A stretch of DNA of 64,000 nt from Gordius albopunctatus (Eukaryota). Location: positions 4,278,001 through 4,342,000 of the forward strand of contig OZ193909.1 in the NCBI GenBank assembly GCA_964276515.1, read 5' to 3'. The position numbers were made by a program, and so were the translations under genes. The notes beneath the pieces are model-generated. The model was not told where the DNA came from. It did not search any database and saw only the letters and a list, made by a program, of their open reading frames with translations. Positions 41,701 through 54,708 of this stretch are shown one piece after another. Position 1 is the stretch's first letter. Every line of letters begins with the position of its first letter.

Positions 41701-44700
41701 AACATTCCGAAGCAAATAAACCTCTTTACCGAAATCCACGACTATGGACAGTTAGCGAAACGCGAAAATAATGGACTTTTAAGCACGCTTAATCGTGCGA
41801 CCTTAAATTCGGCCTCTTTGCCATATGCCCATTTTTCACGGACCCTAGATACGAAAAAATCCAATTTTACGATCCAAAAAATTAACGGCGAAGAATTGAA
41901 AGGCGGCGCAACTCTACTTATAGATCTTAGCAGTTCGTCATCGTCAACTACCAACGAGGCATTGCTTGAAGAACATTATGAAGCGGACAATCCTAAAGGG
42001 AAGAGATCCTATCTAATGGAGGCACACATCCTTAATCCTTACAATCAGCTGATTCCAAGTTTCGATACTCAAATGCTCAATATGACACCAGGGTTTGCGG
42101 TGCCCGATGTTATAGACCTTCCGCCTAAAGGCCCAATCACTTTAGAGACCCTGCTATTCGATAAGCAATTTCTCCTAACTTTCTTGGCTACCCTCGAGAC
42201 TCAACCCGGATTTATGGTTAAAGATAGGACGTTGATGGCTTCCTTGCTAAATGCCCTTCTATTGCCTAACTTGGAATACAACGTAGAAATATTAATGTCG
42301 TTGCTGGACAAGCTTATAGAAAGATCGGTCGTAGCAAACCGAGCTCAACATTTGCACTTACTCATGCGTCGCACCGAATCCGTAGCGGAAAAAATGCTGA
42401 CCAATATCATTTCCCTCTACATGTATGATTACCTAAAGGTAAACCACCCTAAATGACCTTTATTTAAATATAAGTGATTAATTTGTTTGTTAAAAATATT
42501 TAAAATTCTTTACTAGGCTATGTTGGAAAAGTATACAATTTCACTATTTTGAAACTTCAAAACCTATCTAAGAATCTAGGGCAAAAAAACTTTAATTTAA
42601 TTTTGTTAGTAATACTTAAAAACGTTGCAGTTGATGCAATTTTGATTTCAAGACAATAATTTTAAATTTTGGGTCAAAGTTTTCAGTCATCCTTAAATAA
42701 CTGTAACCAAATTTGCACTCAACTAATTCCTTCTATATAATAAAACCTAAAAAATGCATTTGCCATAATAGGATTACGCGGGAACGGCATTTTTCTACTT
42801 GTTCAAGGCACTCAAATATCAAATAGAAAAAGGACCGGTCGATGCCGTCAGCTATGATGCCAGGTACTCCTTGTCAGAGGATCGATTACTAGTGGAGAAG
42901 GTCGACTATAAAGTTTTGGTAAGACATATTTATTTAATTTTCATGGCAATCTCACGTAACTATTAATTGACTCAAAACTATGTTTTTTATACTATTAGAA
43001 ACAATAGTTTATACCTCTTGTTTATTAAATAATAAATCATACAATAATTTGCCTATAGCTATGTCCTAAGCAGTCTTGATAAATTGACAAACTGCCTAAA
43101 AACTAACTTAAATCAATACATCTAATCCAGTTCCATTTCATCTATTTAAAGTTAATCTCTTTAATTTTTAGACTATCTGGGTGACGTACGGTGATGACAC
43201 GAGTGTTGAAGCACTGGTATGCAAGGTGAACGACTGCGACACCATTACCCAAGTCAAAAACAAAATTGTGGAAACCTTTTACAAGAACTCTCCCAATTCA
43301 TCCAGACCAAGGATTGAGGATTTGGATCTGAGTAATGATTATTTAAAAACATAAGTTTATCAATTTGTTTATATACGATGCAATTATCTACCTTTAATGC
43401 TTTTTTTAAGCAAAGTCATTTATCATAATGCGGTTTCGTAAAAGACGACAAAATGAAATAAAGATTAAAAAGATGACATTAAAATCATGATTCGACTTGT
43501 TGGATTAGACAATGTTAAAACATAACACCCGACTTTTACCAAAAGCCAATAAAATCAAAATATAATTTCTTACTTTTACCAAAAGCTAAATAATTTAAAC
43601 TGTACGATCAATTTGGGTTCTAGGGTTAAGGGCTATCATAAAGGCGAATTCTTATTGCGTCACTATTAGTTTATGACATTTGAGAGTTAATACTTCATTT
43701 GGTATATATTATAAGTTTGGAAACATGGGAAATGTGGGCCCATAATACTGAGAGACGAAGATGGCACAACGCAAGTGACGCATAATGGGATGCGAATAAG
43801 GCTTAACACCTTACAGCATTATCGAGTGTCGGAGGGTGCGCTATTAACATTAATTCCAAGACAAAACCCCTATGAAACGATTGGTGTGGGAAGTAAACAT
43901 GGCAAAACTCAACTGCCAAACACGCAAAATTTCTACAACGACCATGCATATGTGGCAACACTCAGCAACGCTTTGCCATTATCAACTAATATATGTAAGA
44001 ACTATTTTAGATGCTTTGCCCATTGTTTTTTGTTAGCATAATACTATTAATTGTTAACATTGGCTATGGGAATAGATAATTTACCAGAATATTCTCAAGA
44101 ACTTGGTGCCTTACCCTCTAAAATTTCACCATACAGTACCGGGACAAAAAAGAATCCAAACAATAACAAACGAAAATCGCCCATCTATTGGCATTTGGTA
44201 TGTAGTTTTGTTAGCTAAGCGTTTCATCAGCTTTACATCTTTATTTCCTTTAAATTAGGTTAACTCGAACGATGATGCACAAAATGGCGACTCCACCAAA
44301 CATCACGTGCACAATAAAATTTCCGAAATATTTCTAACCCGTTTGCTATCAACCAAGGTATGATTGTTATGCGTGTTCATCATAACATTCTATACTCACA
44401 TTAAAAGGTTTAACCACAATGTTAAATTTTTTACTTTACTGCAGGGCACCATTCAAAAATTTGTGGACGATTTCTTTTTCACGATTTTGAAAGCCGACAC
44501 CCATTTACCTTGCTTTATAAAGTATCTCTTTGATTATTTGGATTATCAAGCCGAAAGGTTTAAAATAAGCGATCCTTCAGTTAGTCATTCTTGGAAAAAC
44601 AATTGGTAAGAATCAACGTTTGATTACCTTAATTCTAATTTTTAATTAGTTTACCACTTAGGTTTTGGGTCAATATAATTAAAAATCCGGAATTCGTTTT

Positions 44701-45382
44701 CGATATTCAAAAATCTCACACGATAGACTCTAGTCTATCAGTACTAGCTCAAACGTTTATGGATTCTTGCTCACTGTCAGAACATAGACTAGGAAAGGTA
44801 ACTTTTCTCATGCCATGTTGAAAAACACTAAATTTTTTATTCTATAGGATTCACCTTCAAATAAATTATTATACGCCAAAGAAATACCTAACTACCGAAA
44901 GTACTTCCAAAAATTTTACAGCGACATCAGAGAAATGCCAAAAGTAAAGGATGAAAGATTAAAAGAAACTATGATTGAGTTATCAAAGGTAATATTAAGA
45001 AGCGCTAAATGTTAATAATATGTTTTTAGAAACAGGGATGGAACATTAGAAAAGACATCATATTACTACAAATATCGCAATATGCCTTAAAGTACAAAAC
45101 AGAGGTAAATTTACAATAATGTATCATACAATCTTTATATAATTATTTTAGATATTTGAAAATTTGGAAAGTGATTATTACTGCAACAGCATGAATTTTC
45201 CTACAATCTTCAGTAACCTATTCGGTCAATGTCCCGAAACTTTAGAAAGACATCAACAAAACATCATCTATGACACGATAGATACGTTTAGTATTAAAAA
45301 CAAAAAAGGTTATAGCTTACTACAAACACTAACACCAAATACCGCTAATCCCATAGATTTGTCAAATTATACTGCAGCTTGA
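29757..45382 (+). CDS. PlexB: Plexin-B (invertebrate class) semaphorin receptor, ~31 coding exons
   Basis: Signal peptide and Sema domain in exon 29757-31247 ([30 protein letters not shown]); PSI repeats ([21 protein letters not shown]); IPT repeats ([24 protein letters not shown]); TM helix ~40680-40750; [27 protein letters not shown] typical of protostome PlexB; GAP motifs [18 protein letters not shown] and LPLRFW; stop TGA at 45380-45382. GT-AG junctions checked are phase-consistent. Confidence 0.95.
32536..32558. repeat. (GA)n microsatellite
   Basis: Read directly; its first units also form the 3' arm of hairpin 32515-32540. Confidence 0.9.
32848..33206. mobile_element. PIF/Harbinger-type MITE in PlexB intron 1
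   Basis: 22-bp TIR gggcttgtcttaatatcggatt/aatccgatattaagacaagccc; TTA target duplication on both sides. Confidence 0.85.
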
Positions 45383-45550
45383 CAACAAACGATTCCATAC
45401 GAATGATTACTAAACCAGTGCAATTAAATAGAATAAGGATTTGTATTTGATCACCATTCATTTTTTATAGTATTATCTATTAGCTTATATTAAAGTATTG
45501 TATACAATTAATATAAGAATAACTATTTATTATACGATGTACTATTTATT

Positions 45551-45556
45551 AATAAA
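45551..45556 (+). terminator. Probable PlexB polyadenylation signal
   Basis: AATAAA ~170 nt after the stop codon. Confidence 0.45.
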
Positions 45557-46999
45557 CTTAAAACCAATTCTTCTCCGAACACCACCGCGGTTCAATACAA
45601 TACTCTATTTGAGATCAAGACTATTAAGATAGGATATTAACTGGTTAAAGAAATGCGCAAAAATCATAATTTAACGGGAACTATAGCATCCACATAAGCT
45701 TTATAATAGTAATTGTTAAATATTACTAAGTGGTAACTTAAAATATATTTGAATATTTATTGGAATGTTTTATATAATTATTTAAATTTCATAAATATAT
45801 ATATTAGTTAAGGGGGAAATGCATTCGCTGATTGGTAAACTATTCTTCTTGATGAATTCAGTCCCATCAACTGTTGAAAGACATTACACAACTCGAGTTT
45901 TTTAAGGAGAACACCCTATTCCGGGTCGTTCTAATTTAATTATCGAGATTTTTAAAGCGATAATAAAGCCATCCCAAATCTTTATAACTGATTTTATAAT
46001 AAAAATCAAGGATAAACTTAAAATCAACCCTAAAAAATCTTCTAGAGTATATGTTATTATTATCGCTTGTACAATTAATAAAAGTAATAGTTTCTATAAT
46101 ATGGACAAATTTAAGAAAAATGTCATTACATTTGTAAAGCTATCGTGTCTGTCAGATATAGATGGACACACTAAAGGGTGGCATTATTTTTATTTAACTA
46201 AATTACATATTTGACAGACTAAAATCCTTGGTTAGGATTGACAAAAATAAGTAATTCCTCTGGATCAATGTTATACCCCTTGGATATAAGGATTATCACT
46301 TCGTTCCTAAAGAATTAACGGCATATTTATTAATATATTGCGACAATAGCCACAAAGGAGCGTGGATACTTTTTATAATTAATCAAACACGAGTAATTGT
46401 TGGACACATTTCAAAGTTGTAATAATAATCAACAATAGCATTGTTACTAAATTGGTTACATAAGAGTTTTAAGATTTCCCTTTTATAAATTCGTAACAAA
46501 ATACTTTTACCTTCAAAAAGTAAACGTGCCAAGATATTTACTTGTAGCATTTTTAAAATAATTCCATAAAATATTTATTTACAATAAAAGCTTATGCTTA
46601 TATATTATGTGTTTTACAAAATCGTAACAGAAAATTCAATAGATTAGAATGCACATGCCAACCATACCATTATAATGGCAAAACAAATGTATAATGTGAT
46701 TTATAGCTAGAGAATTTTAGAGGTTTGCCATAAGTTCAAACAAAACTTTTGGCAGACCCATAATAAAATTACGGTTTTTTCAAAAAGTGAAAGATGGCAT
46801 CGAAGGCAATCGTTTGGCAGGCACAGGAATCACTGGGGTTCTAAAATCATATTTAGCCAAAATTTTATTTATCACCGATTCAAAATATCACCACACTAGA
46901 CACGATGATGATTTTTGCGAATTTTCAAGAAGCTTTAGTAATATTAACTACTTAATCTGAACCCTTGCTACGGATAGAAATAGAAATATTTAATAAATG

Positions 47000-49734
47000 C
47001 AGTCTTGTTAAGGAGCGGCGCTCCTAAGCGCCGCTACATTTTTTTAAAAAAAGCTGGAGCGCCACTCCTTTTTAAAAATGAAGAGCGGAGCGGGAATCGC
47101 TCCTTTGAGGGCTAGAGTGGAGGAGCGCCGCTTCTCCGCTCCTTTAAATTTAATATAAAAATTATATTATTTTTTAAATATTAATAATGTTTGTTAATTA
47201 AAATTTAATGAAAATATAATTTTATTTAAATTTAATTTATTCATTATTAAATGTTGAGCCGAGTTTTATTTTGATTTTTCATCTAATCATTTGAAACATT
47301 AAACATCTGTTTTTCCTTTTTTATATTGAAATTTTTTTAAAAACTGTAAGTCATGTTAATTTAATATTCATTTTATAGATATATAATAAAAAATAGTTTT
47401 ATTATGGATCTAGAGATAGAGATTATAGAAGATGAAGAATAAACCGAAGTGGAATTTCCATTTCCACCATTTAAAAAATATTTCAAGCTGATTGATACAG
47501 ATGAAAAAGTCAGATTAAAGGCGAAATGCCTATTGTGCATTAATAGGCATAATTATTTCTTTCTCTAAAATCTGCAGCTTTAATTTAAAAAAACACCTGA
47601 AGGTAAAATCAATATTTCTTTATTTTATAATATTTTTTTTAAAATCGTTTTAATTATATTTGGGCAATTCATTACATATCTTAGTTGAGCTTATAAATTT
47701 AATTTACATTTAGAAAGTACATGATAATCAATATTCAAAAATTGAAAATCATATCAATAGTTATAATAAGTCTTCCTCTTCTAGGAAAAAACAGTCAATA
47801 TTAAATTTTGGCCAAAAAACATATGAAACTACAAAAACTGAAGGAGATAATGCGATCATTGATTATGCCATTGAGACACTGGTTCCTTTATCAACTGTAG
47901 ATAATCCTAGCTTTGTCAAAATGATAAAAACGTTTTCCCCTACAGGAAAGGTAATGTGCCGCCAAACACTAATTGCAAATATAGGTTTGTGTTATGATAA
48001 AATGATGGAGGATATTATAGAAATGCTTTCTGGAGTATCTTATGTGTGTACCACAGCTGATTGCTGGAGTGGATTTAGAAGGTAGTGCCTATATTTTTTA
48101 ATGTGCTTGATTAATTTAACTTATAAAGGTCTTTTTGGGTGTAACTGCTCATTGGATTGACTCAAAATCATTGCAAAGAAAATCAGCAGCTTTAGCCCTA
48201 AGAAGTGTTCAGGGCAAGCATACTTTTGATGTTTTGGCTAAGATGATAATTGATATACATAAAGCCTTTAAAATTCAGAATAAAGTGATAAAAACCATTA
48301 CTGATGATGGTAGGAACTTTATGAAGGCATTCATGTAATCTCAAATATTTATTTTAAAATTATAACTTTCCTTTTATTTTTTAGAATGTTTGAAGATAAA
48401 AGTTATGAGATTGATGTTGATTTCCAATTTGTGGATATTTATGATATCCTAAATAGGGCAGAAAGCTTTGATTGTCTCCCTCAACATTCAAGATGTGCTT
48501 GTCACAGTCTTAATTTGGTGGCAACAGTTTATGCAGAAAAAGCTTTAGAGGATAGAAGATTTAAAACAGTATCTCAAAGTTTATTCCAAAAGTGTCAATC
48601 TTTGTGGAATAAACAAAATATGTCTCCAAATGTGGCGGACGAAATTATCAGAAAGTTGGGTAGGTATCTAATATGCCCAAATTCCACTAGGTGGAATTAA
48701 AATGTTAGATGAAAAACAAAAGGACCTTGATGAGTTGTGTGATAACCTTGGGCTTATGCGTTTTAACTCCCAAGAACGTAAATTTATTAAAGAGTATAGT
48801 CAAATAAATATTCAAATATAATCGTTATCTTAGTGATATAAATAAATTTTAGGTTATGGAACCTATTAAAAAATCTCTGAAAATCCTTGAAGGGGAGCTT
48901 CATTTGGACATGGGTTTCCTAAGTCCCACCATTTTTAAACTCATTTCAAAATTAAATGAATTATCAGATTTAGAGTTTTGCCAACATCTTGTAAAGTCTC
49001 TCATCAGCGATATTAATAAGAGGTTTATAATAACATAAATTATATCTATAATAAATTTATTGCAGATTTCCAAATATTTATAATGATGATAATATAATTG
49101 CAGCGATTGTCCATCCTGCATTTAAATTGAATTGGGAATGGATAAAAGATCCAAAAAATATGGAACAAAAAGCCAGATTAATTAATTTTCTAAGGAAACA
49201 AATACCCGGCGGAAAAATAGCTACAACTAGTTCACGGGAACCTTGCAATGATTTGGAAGATTTCTTTGGATTCCATGAAATCGATTACCATGAAAATAAT
49301 ATATTGGATAGATATTTTTTAGATAATGATAGCAAAATTACTATTTTAGAACAATTCCATGAATTAAAAAATATTCTAGTGCTCCTGTGGAGCGCCTATT
49401 TAGTATCGCAAAACAGGTCTTAGGGGAGAGGCGTGGCTGTTTGTTAGATTCTCATTTAGAAAATTTATTACTTTTAAGAGCTAATAAAATATTATAAATA
49501 TTTTGATATATCATATAATGTAAATAAAACGTTTTGATAAAAAAAAGGATTTTGTTTCGTGTACCTACTAAAAAAAATGAAAATCAAAGGAGCGGTTATG
49601 GACCGCCGCTCCATTAGTTGGAGCGCGAGCGCTCCTTTTAATATGTAGTAGCGGGAGCGGGAGTTCGCTCCTTTTGAGAAGGTAGGAGCGGGAGCGGGAA
49701 TCGCTACTTTTAAAAAGGAGCGTTAACAAGACTG
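47000..49734 (+). mobile_element. hAT DNA transposon (Ac/Tol2-like) with both ends intact
   Basis: 12-bp TIR cagtcttgttaa/ttaacaagactg; perfect 8-bp TSD aataaatg (46992-46999, 49735-49742); GGAGCG subterminal repeats. Confidence 0.95.
47404..49497 (+). pseudogene. Decayed intron-containing hAT transposase
   Basis: BED finger (AKCLLC…NLKKHLK), CTTADCWS, FLGVTAHWID, TDDGRN, RCACHSLNL, PNSTRWN and SSAPVERLFS; in-frame stops and frameshifts; introns 47603-47713, 48082-48128, 48335-48384, ~48804-48852 (mutated donor) and 49023-49065. Confidence 0.9.
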
Positions 49735-50493
49735 AATAAATGTATTAAATGATTATTTATGCCCTAAGGGGGACAGTTTTTTTTATTCAACAAGCTGAAA
49801 TTATTAATATTAAAAAAAATTATGCGGATTGATTTTACGTGGGTGTGTAAATTATCTAATATGGAGAACAATTATATTAATTTACATTTAAAAGCCTAAA
49901 TGTGAACCATACATAAATGAAATATAAAATGGTCAATAAAGTAAATTTTAAGCCGAGATCTAGTTTATAAAATCTCTTATCGTCTCGATTTTTCAAATTC
50001 TCGTCTAGTCAAGATCGAGATTTTCGAGACGAGACTGAAATTTTTCTAGGATTTTCCGCATCATTACTAAAGCGTTTGAGATAAAAAAAATTTTAAGAGT
50101 AATAGACTTGAACAATTTTATTATAAAATGCTAGAAAACACAAGTTTAATATCTTCAAATGGTAAAGCACATATCTAAATAAATTTTCAGCATAGGCCGT
50201 CTTGCCCGAAGATCAACCAATCCTGCTTTCTTATCCAAAAAGGCAAAGTTAAACACTGCAGAACTATATTTATATTATATATTAATCCAACTGTGTTTAA
50301 CATAATTTTTCATCTTATAAGAAGTTAATAAAATCGAAATGGCAATCTAAATCCGTGAAATGAGAGTAGAATTAAAAAAAAGAAATACATTTGATGATCT
50401 TTATGTAGTGGAAATATATTGTAAATGCTACATTTTTGCTATGGGAGCATGCATTAGGCACAACTATAATTTTGCTCATATGGGCCTACCTAT

Positions 50494-50916
50494 TAGTGTT
50501 GTAAAAAGGGCTGGGTTTTGATTGGCCGACTTTTGATTTTAGTCACTAAATATTAAGATACTAAAGCTATTTTCCTCTATTTTTCTTGGTCACATTTTAT
50601 TAAAATTAGAAATAATCAACTCATAATAAGATCATTTTATTGATACTATGGCCGGGGTGGGGAAACTAAAGAAAAATATATTATTATTAGGATAACAATG
50701 AAAACATATGTTAATTACCAACTCGGATTTTGGTTACAATATTAAAATATATAATTATAGCAATAATATAATCTGTAGTAGAAAATGATATACAAATATA
50801 CGTATTCACATATACAACATCATATATGACACATTTATAAACCAAAGCTTTGGTCTGTTAATGTTAAGTCGACTCCAAAGTAGACCAAACAAAACCCAGC
50901 CCTTTTTAAAACACTA
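50494..50916. mobile_element. TIR MITE
   Basis: tagtgttgtaaaaagggctgggtttt/aaaacccagccctttttaaaacacta; a related fragment is near 63420. Confidence 0.8.
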
Positions 50917-51019
50917 CAAATTACCTATTAGTTTAATAATGCGACCATTTGCTACTGAATAATTTGAATTGGGTTGCCTTTTTTCAGTTGTTAAATCAAC
51001 TTTTATTAAATTATCATAA

Positions 51020-51581
51020 CCGGCCCGAGCCCGACATCTCAGTTTTTATTTTGCCCAAGCCCGGTCCAAGCCCAAACGACTTTTTATTTTTGAGCCCGAC
51101 ACAAAACCGACACGATTTTTCAAATTGGAAATTTAAAAAAATTATTTTACCATATAAATACATAATGCATTAAATTGTTATTTTCATTTTCACTCGCTAC
51201 AATTTATTCAGCTAACTGAATATCTAACTATTTAAAATATATTTTACCTAACATTTCCAAATAAAACACTTTTTAAAATATTTCCTTATTTTAATTCTAA
51301 TGTAACTACTACGAATATATTTAAATACCAGAATAGGATTTGCAATCTAGGTCAAAATATATTAATAGACAGTGGAAAAAAGCTGAAACTTGGAAGCTAT
51401 ATTATGTATGGTGTACGAAGATAATTACTTAATATCGAGTTGAGTTTGTTTAGATCATATTTTATAAAAGATTAGTTTGCCATGTCAATTCGGGGTCGAT
51501 TGTTTTATTAAATTCTGCCCGAACCCGGCCCGAAGCCCGATCGGGTCGGTTCGGGCTTTGGGCGGCTTGTGCAGGGCTCTA
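51020..51581. mobile_element. CCCGA-type hAT MITE, inverted copy of the 7218-7907 family, one end missing
   Basis: Ends tgcagggctcta; internal similarity to the reverse complement of 7218-7870. Confidence 0.75.
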
Positions 51582-51799
51582 GCAGTGACACAATTAGGTT
51601 GAGGTTCCATTCCGTATTTATAAAACATTCTCATGTAGGGTTTGAGTTAAAATTTAAAAAAGCGTTTTCGGGTAGGCGTCACAATCACCGACTTTGCAAA
51701 ACTCGAGTCACAATTCCTTATACCTGTAAATACTTTAAAAATTAGTTCCATATAAAAGTATATTGAAAATTAAAATAAACACAAATGTCAACATCATAA

Positions 51800-52135
51800 T
51801 GAAAGCTTAGTTCCCAATATTCAAGCTCTATGTTTCTCTCGCATCAATCTCCAAATATATGGTGGAAGTCAATTATAGCTCTGGGCCCAATTCTTGGCAG
51901 ACTATGCTCAGAAATTACAAGGTGGATTAAAAGTAAAGTAGTGGAAGTTCTAGTCACAAAGTAACTCGGGTTGGTATAATAGGAAGGTTCAAAATGGCTT
52001 CATACACAATACGAATGGCTTTAAACACCTCAGGACCATCAATTAGGCCAAAATTCGATTACAAGAAGGCTTTTAAGTTAATATCTCGATCATACTTTTT
52101 CAATAAATCATACTTTCTTCCAATATCCGCTTCCT
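51800..52135 (-). pseudogene. Highly decayed hAT transposase C-terminal (dimerisation-region) fragment
   Basis: Minus strand gives …AILNLPIIPTRVT…RTSTTLLLI…IDFHHIF, weakly like hAT LPVTSASCERSFSKLKLIK…IDFD; several stops. Confidence 0.3.
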
Positions 52136-52511
52136 GTAATGCATTTTATTTTCACATATTCCCATTTTAAAATTTCACAACATACCAACATCGAATATTT
52201 AACGGTATTCAACAATACGATCCACTAGGGCTACCTCTGTTCTGCTTAAGTATTAAGCCCTTATTGAAAAATTGGCAAAAAAGTTTGAACTATCATTAAA
52301 CATATGATCTTACCAACGAAACTATCCAAAACACTTATATGAACGTTCTATCCTCTTTAATACCTATAAAAAATTGGCTTAATCAAGACTAAAACCTGAA
52401 TTGGTCCTTCCCATATTATTTGATAACGAAATTCTCGTTTAAACAGGTCCGAGCATACTTGCTCACTGAAACCTAATGGTCACCTTCACTGGAATAGCAA
52501 TAAAATTTGTC

Positions 52512-52842
52512 TAGAGATCTGCACGAGAGCCCACAGATAGGTTATAATATTAAAAATGTGATCTTCAACAAAACACAACATTTAGAATTATTAACCAAGA
52601 AACTATACTAATATTTTTAGGGATTTGTGAAATATTCTAAAAGCCTTAAAAAGCCCACCGACTCAATCGGGATAGCTTAATAAAAGTATCAATAAAATTG
52701 CAAACCATGGTCCATAAATTTTCAATTTTGATTGGCCTGGCCTGAACTGCAATTAAAGAACTACAGGTGTGCTTGGGCAAACTTTAAAGTTTTCCAAACG
52801 GGTATAGGCCAGCCGATCTCAATGGCCCTTTGCAGATCTCTA
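52512..52842. mobile_element. hAT-type MITE
   Basis: 12-bp TIR tagagatctgca/tgcagatctcta; no clear TSD. Confidence 0.7.
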
Positions 52843-53067
52843 GTATTAACACGATGTGGCAGTAAAGAAAAACAGCGGTCCTTATTTCATAAAGTTGGTT
52901 TCCTTATTTTCGAAATCCTGGGAAAATTCTCAGTTTGGCGTGCGACATTACTTGTTCTAATGTCTTTGCTCTATATTACCAAGCCAAGAATCTTGCATAT
53001 ATCAAATTCCCTAAAATGCTCAGTTTTTTGAATTTCGTAATTGAATAACTTTTTGTTGCATTGCTAC

Positions 53068-53984
53068 TAGAGCCCTGCAAAGTCATTTTTTTTCAACCCG
53101 AACCCGACCCGAAAGCATTAAAAAAATTTAATATTGTAAAATTGATTTTAATGGTTTTAAATGGAAACAAATACAAAATATTATATCGCAGAAAAAACAA
53201 AACATTATATGTCTATCATTTTCGGGTCACATGCTAAAAAAGTCAAATTATTCTATAATTAAAATTTCCTATAAATGGCCCTTATTACAGAATACTTTTA
53301 AGTTGATTGCGGCACTCCTAAATGTGGTTATTTTTATCTTCTTCAAAATATAAACAAACCTGCAATTATTTCACATATAAAATGCTGATATTCTAATTAA
53401 AATGAGTCTGTCTGTCTGTATTATCAGCAATTTTGATTTTGATGCCAATAACGGTTGTGGCCATATTGTGCAGAAAATAAAGGAGAAAATTTGATTATTT
53501 TTCCAAAAACTCTAATTTTTTAAATCATGTTTGTAAAATAATGTTTTTTATACATTTTAATCATTCGCTTAATAATCATGATAAATTAATTCTATTCTAG
53601 TGTATATGTTAGGCGGTAAAACAAGTTGAAACATTAATATTATTTAAAAAGAAAAATGGAAGTTCAGAAAATCATAAGTTTTGTGATAGCAAATACATGT
53701 TTATCATAATTTATAGCATCCATCAAGATAATCTACCTTTCTAATTTCAAAATTGCGCAATTCCAAAATTCAGATATAACTTAAAAGAAATTAATTTAAA
53801 TTTTTCGATATTAATTATAAAATATTATATATAATGGCATTAATTTAAAAGATATATTTATTATGCAATATAAAATTCATTACCTTCAACCCGAACCCGA
53901 GTTAAAAAATTTTCAACCCGAACCCGAAGGCATTTTAAAATTTTTTAGCCGGGTCGGGTTTCGGGTCACCCATGCAGGGCTCTA
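53068..53984. mobile_element. hAT-type non-autonomous element
   Basis: TIR tagagccctgca/tgcagggctcta; 8-bp TSD attgctac (53060-53067, 53985-53992); aacccg repeats. Confidence 0.9.
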
Positions 53985-54015
53985 ATTGCTACTACTACCC
54001 TTACAGCATTTGGCC

Positions 54016-54690
54016 CAGAGGTCAGATTTGTTAGAATTTTTCTGCCCAAACCCGGCCCGGCCCGATTTTATAATTAATCTGCCCGCCCGGCAATGCCCGA
54101 ATTATCAGAGCTGCCCGGTCCGAAATGGTGTGTTTTAAAACTTTTAGCACTAATATCGTTATAATTTTTTACAAATTTTATCTTAATTTTTGATTTTTTT
54201 AAATGAGAACTAGGCAGGCGCGTAGCCAGGATTTTCTCAAGGGGGTAGAAAAATTCAAAAAAAAAATCGACACTTTTATTTAAAATGTAACAAAGGTAAA
54301 CTTGGCGTACAATATATGCGAAACTTCAAGGCGCTATATAACCAACTTTGGAAAAATCTCCTCTCTTCAGTAATCAGAGCATTTAATATCGATTTTATAC
54401 CTTAAAAAAGGACGTAAACCTTCAAAAAATTTCAAATTTTGGTCAAGGGGGCACAAAATTCCCGCTTTCTGCCCCCTTGACTACGCACCTGGAACTAGGA
54501 TTAACAAACATTATAAATCAAATCAAAAAGTGGAAAAATATGCACAAAAACAATATAATATATTATTTTCAAAACAAAATTGAGCCCGAATTGCCCGAAT
54601 CTTGTTACGGTGCCCGACCGGGCCCTCCCGATAGTTAAAATTTACGACAGTTGCCCGGCCTGTGGGCCGGGCGGGCAAATCTGGTCTCTG
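54016..54690. mobile_element. TIR MITE (GCCCG repeats) carrying a nested MITE
   Basis: TIR cagaggtcagatttg/caaatctggtctctg. Confidence 0.75.
54215..54491. mobile_element. Nested poly-G-family MITE
   Basis: TIR caggcgcgtag/ctacgcacctg; 8-bp TSD gaactagg (54207-54214, 54492-54499); a related reverse fragment is near 19010-19130. Confidence 0.9.
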
Positions 54691-54708
54691 ATTTTCTTTA
54701 CTTTCCCA

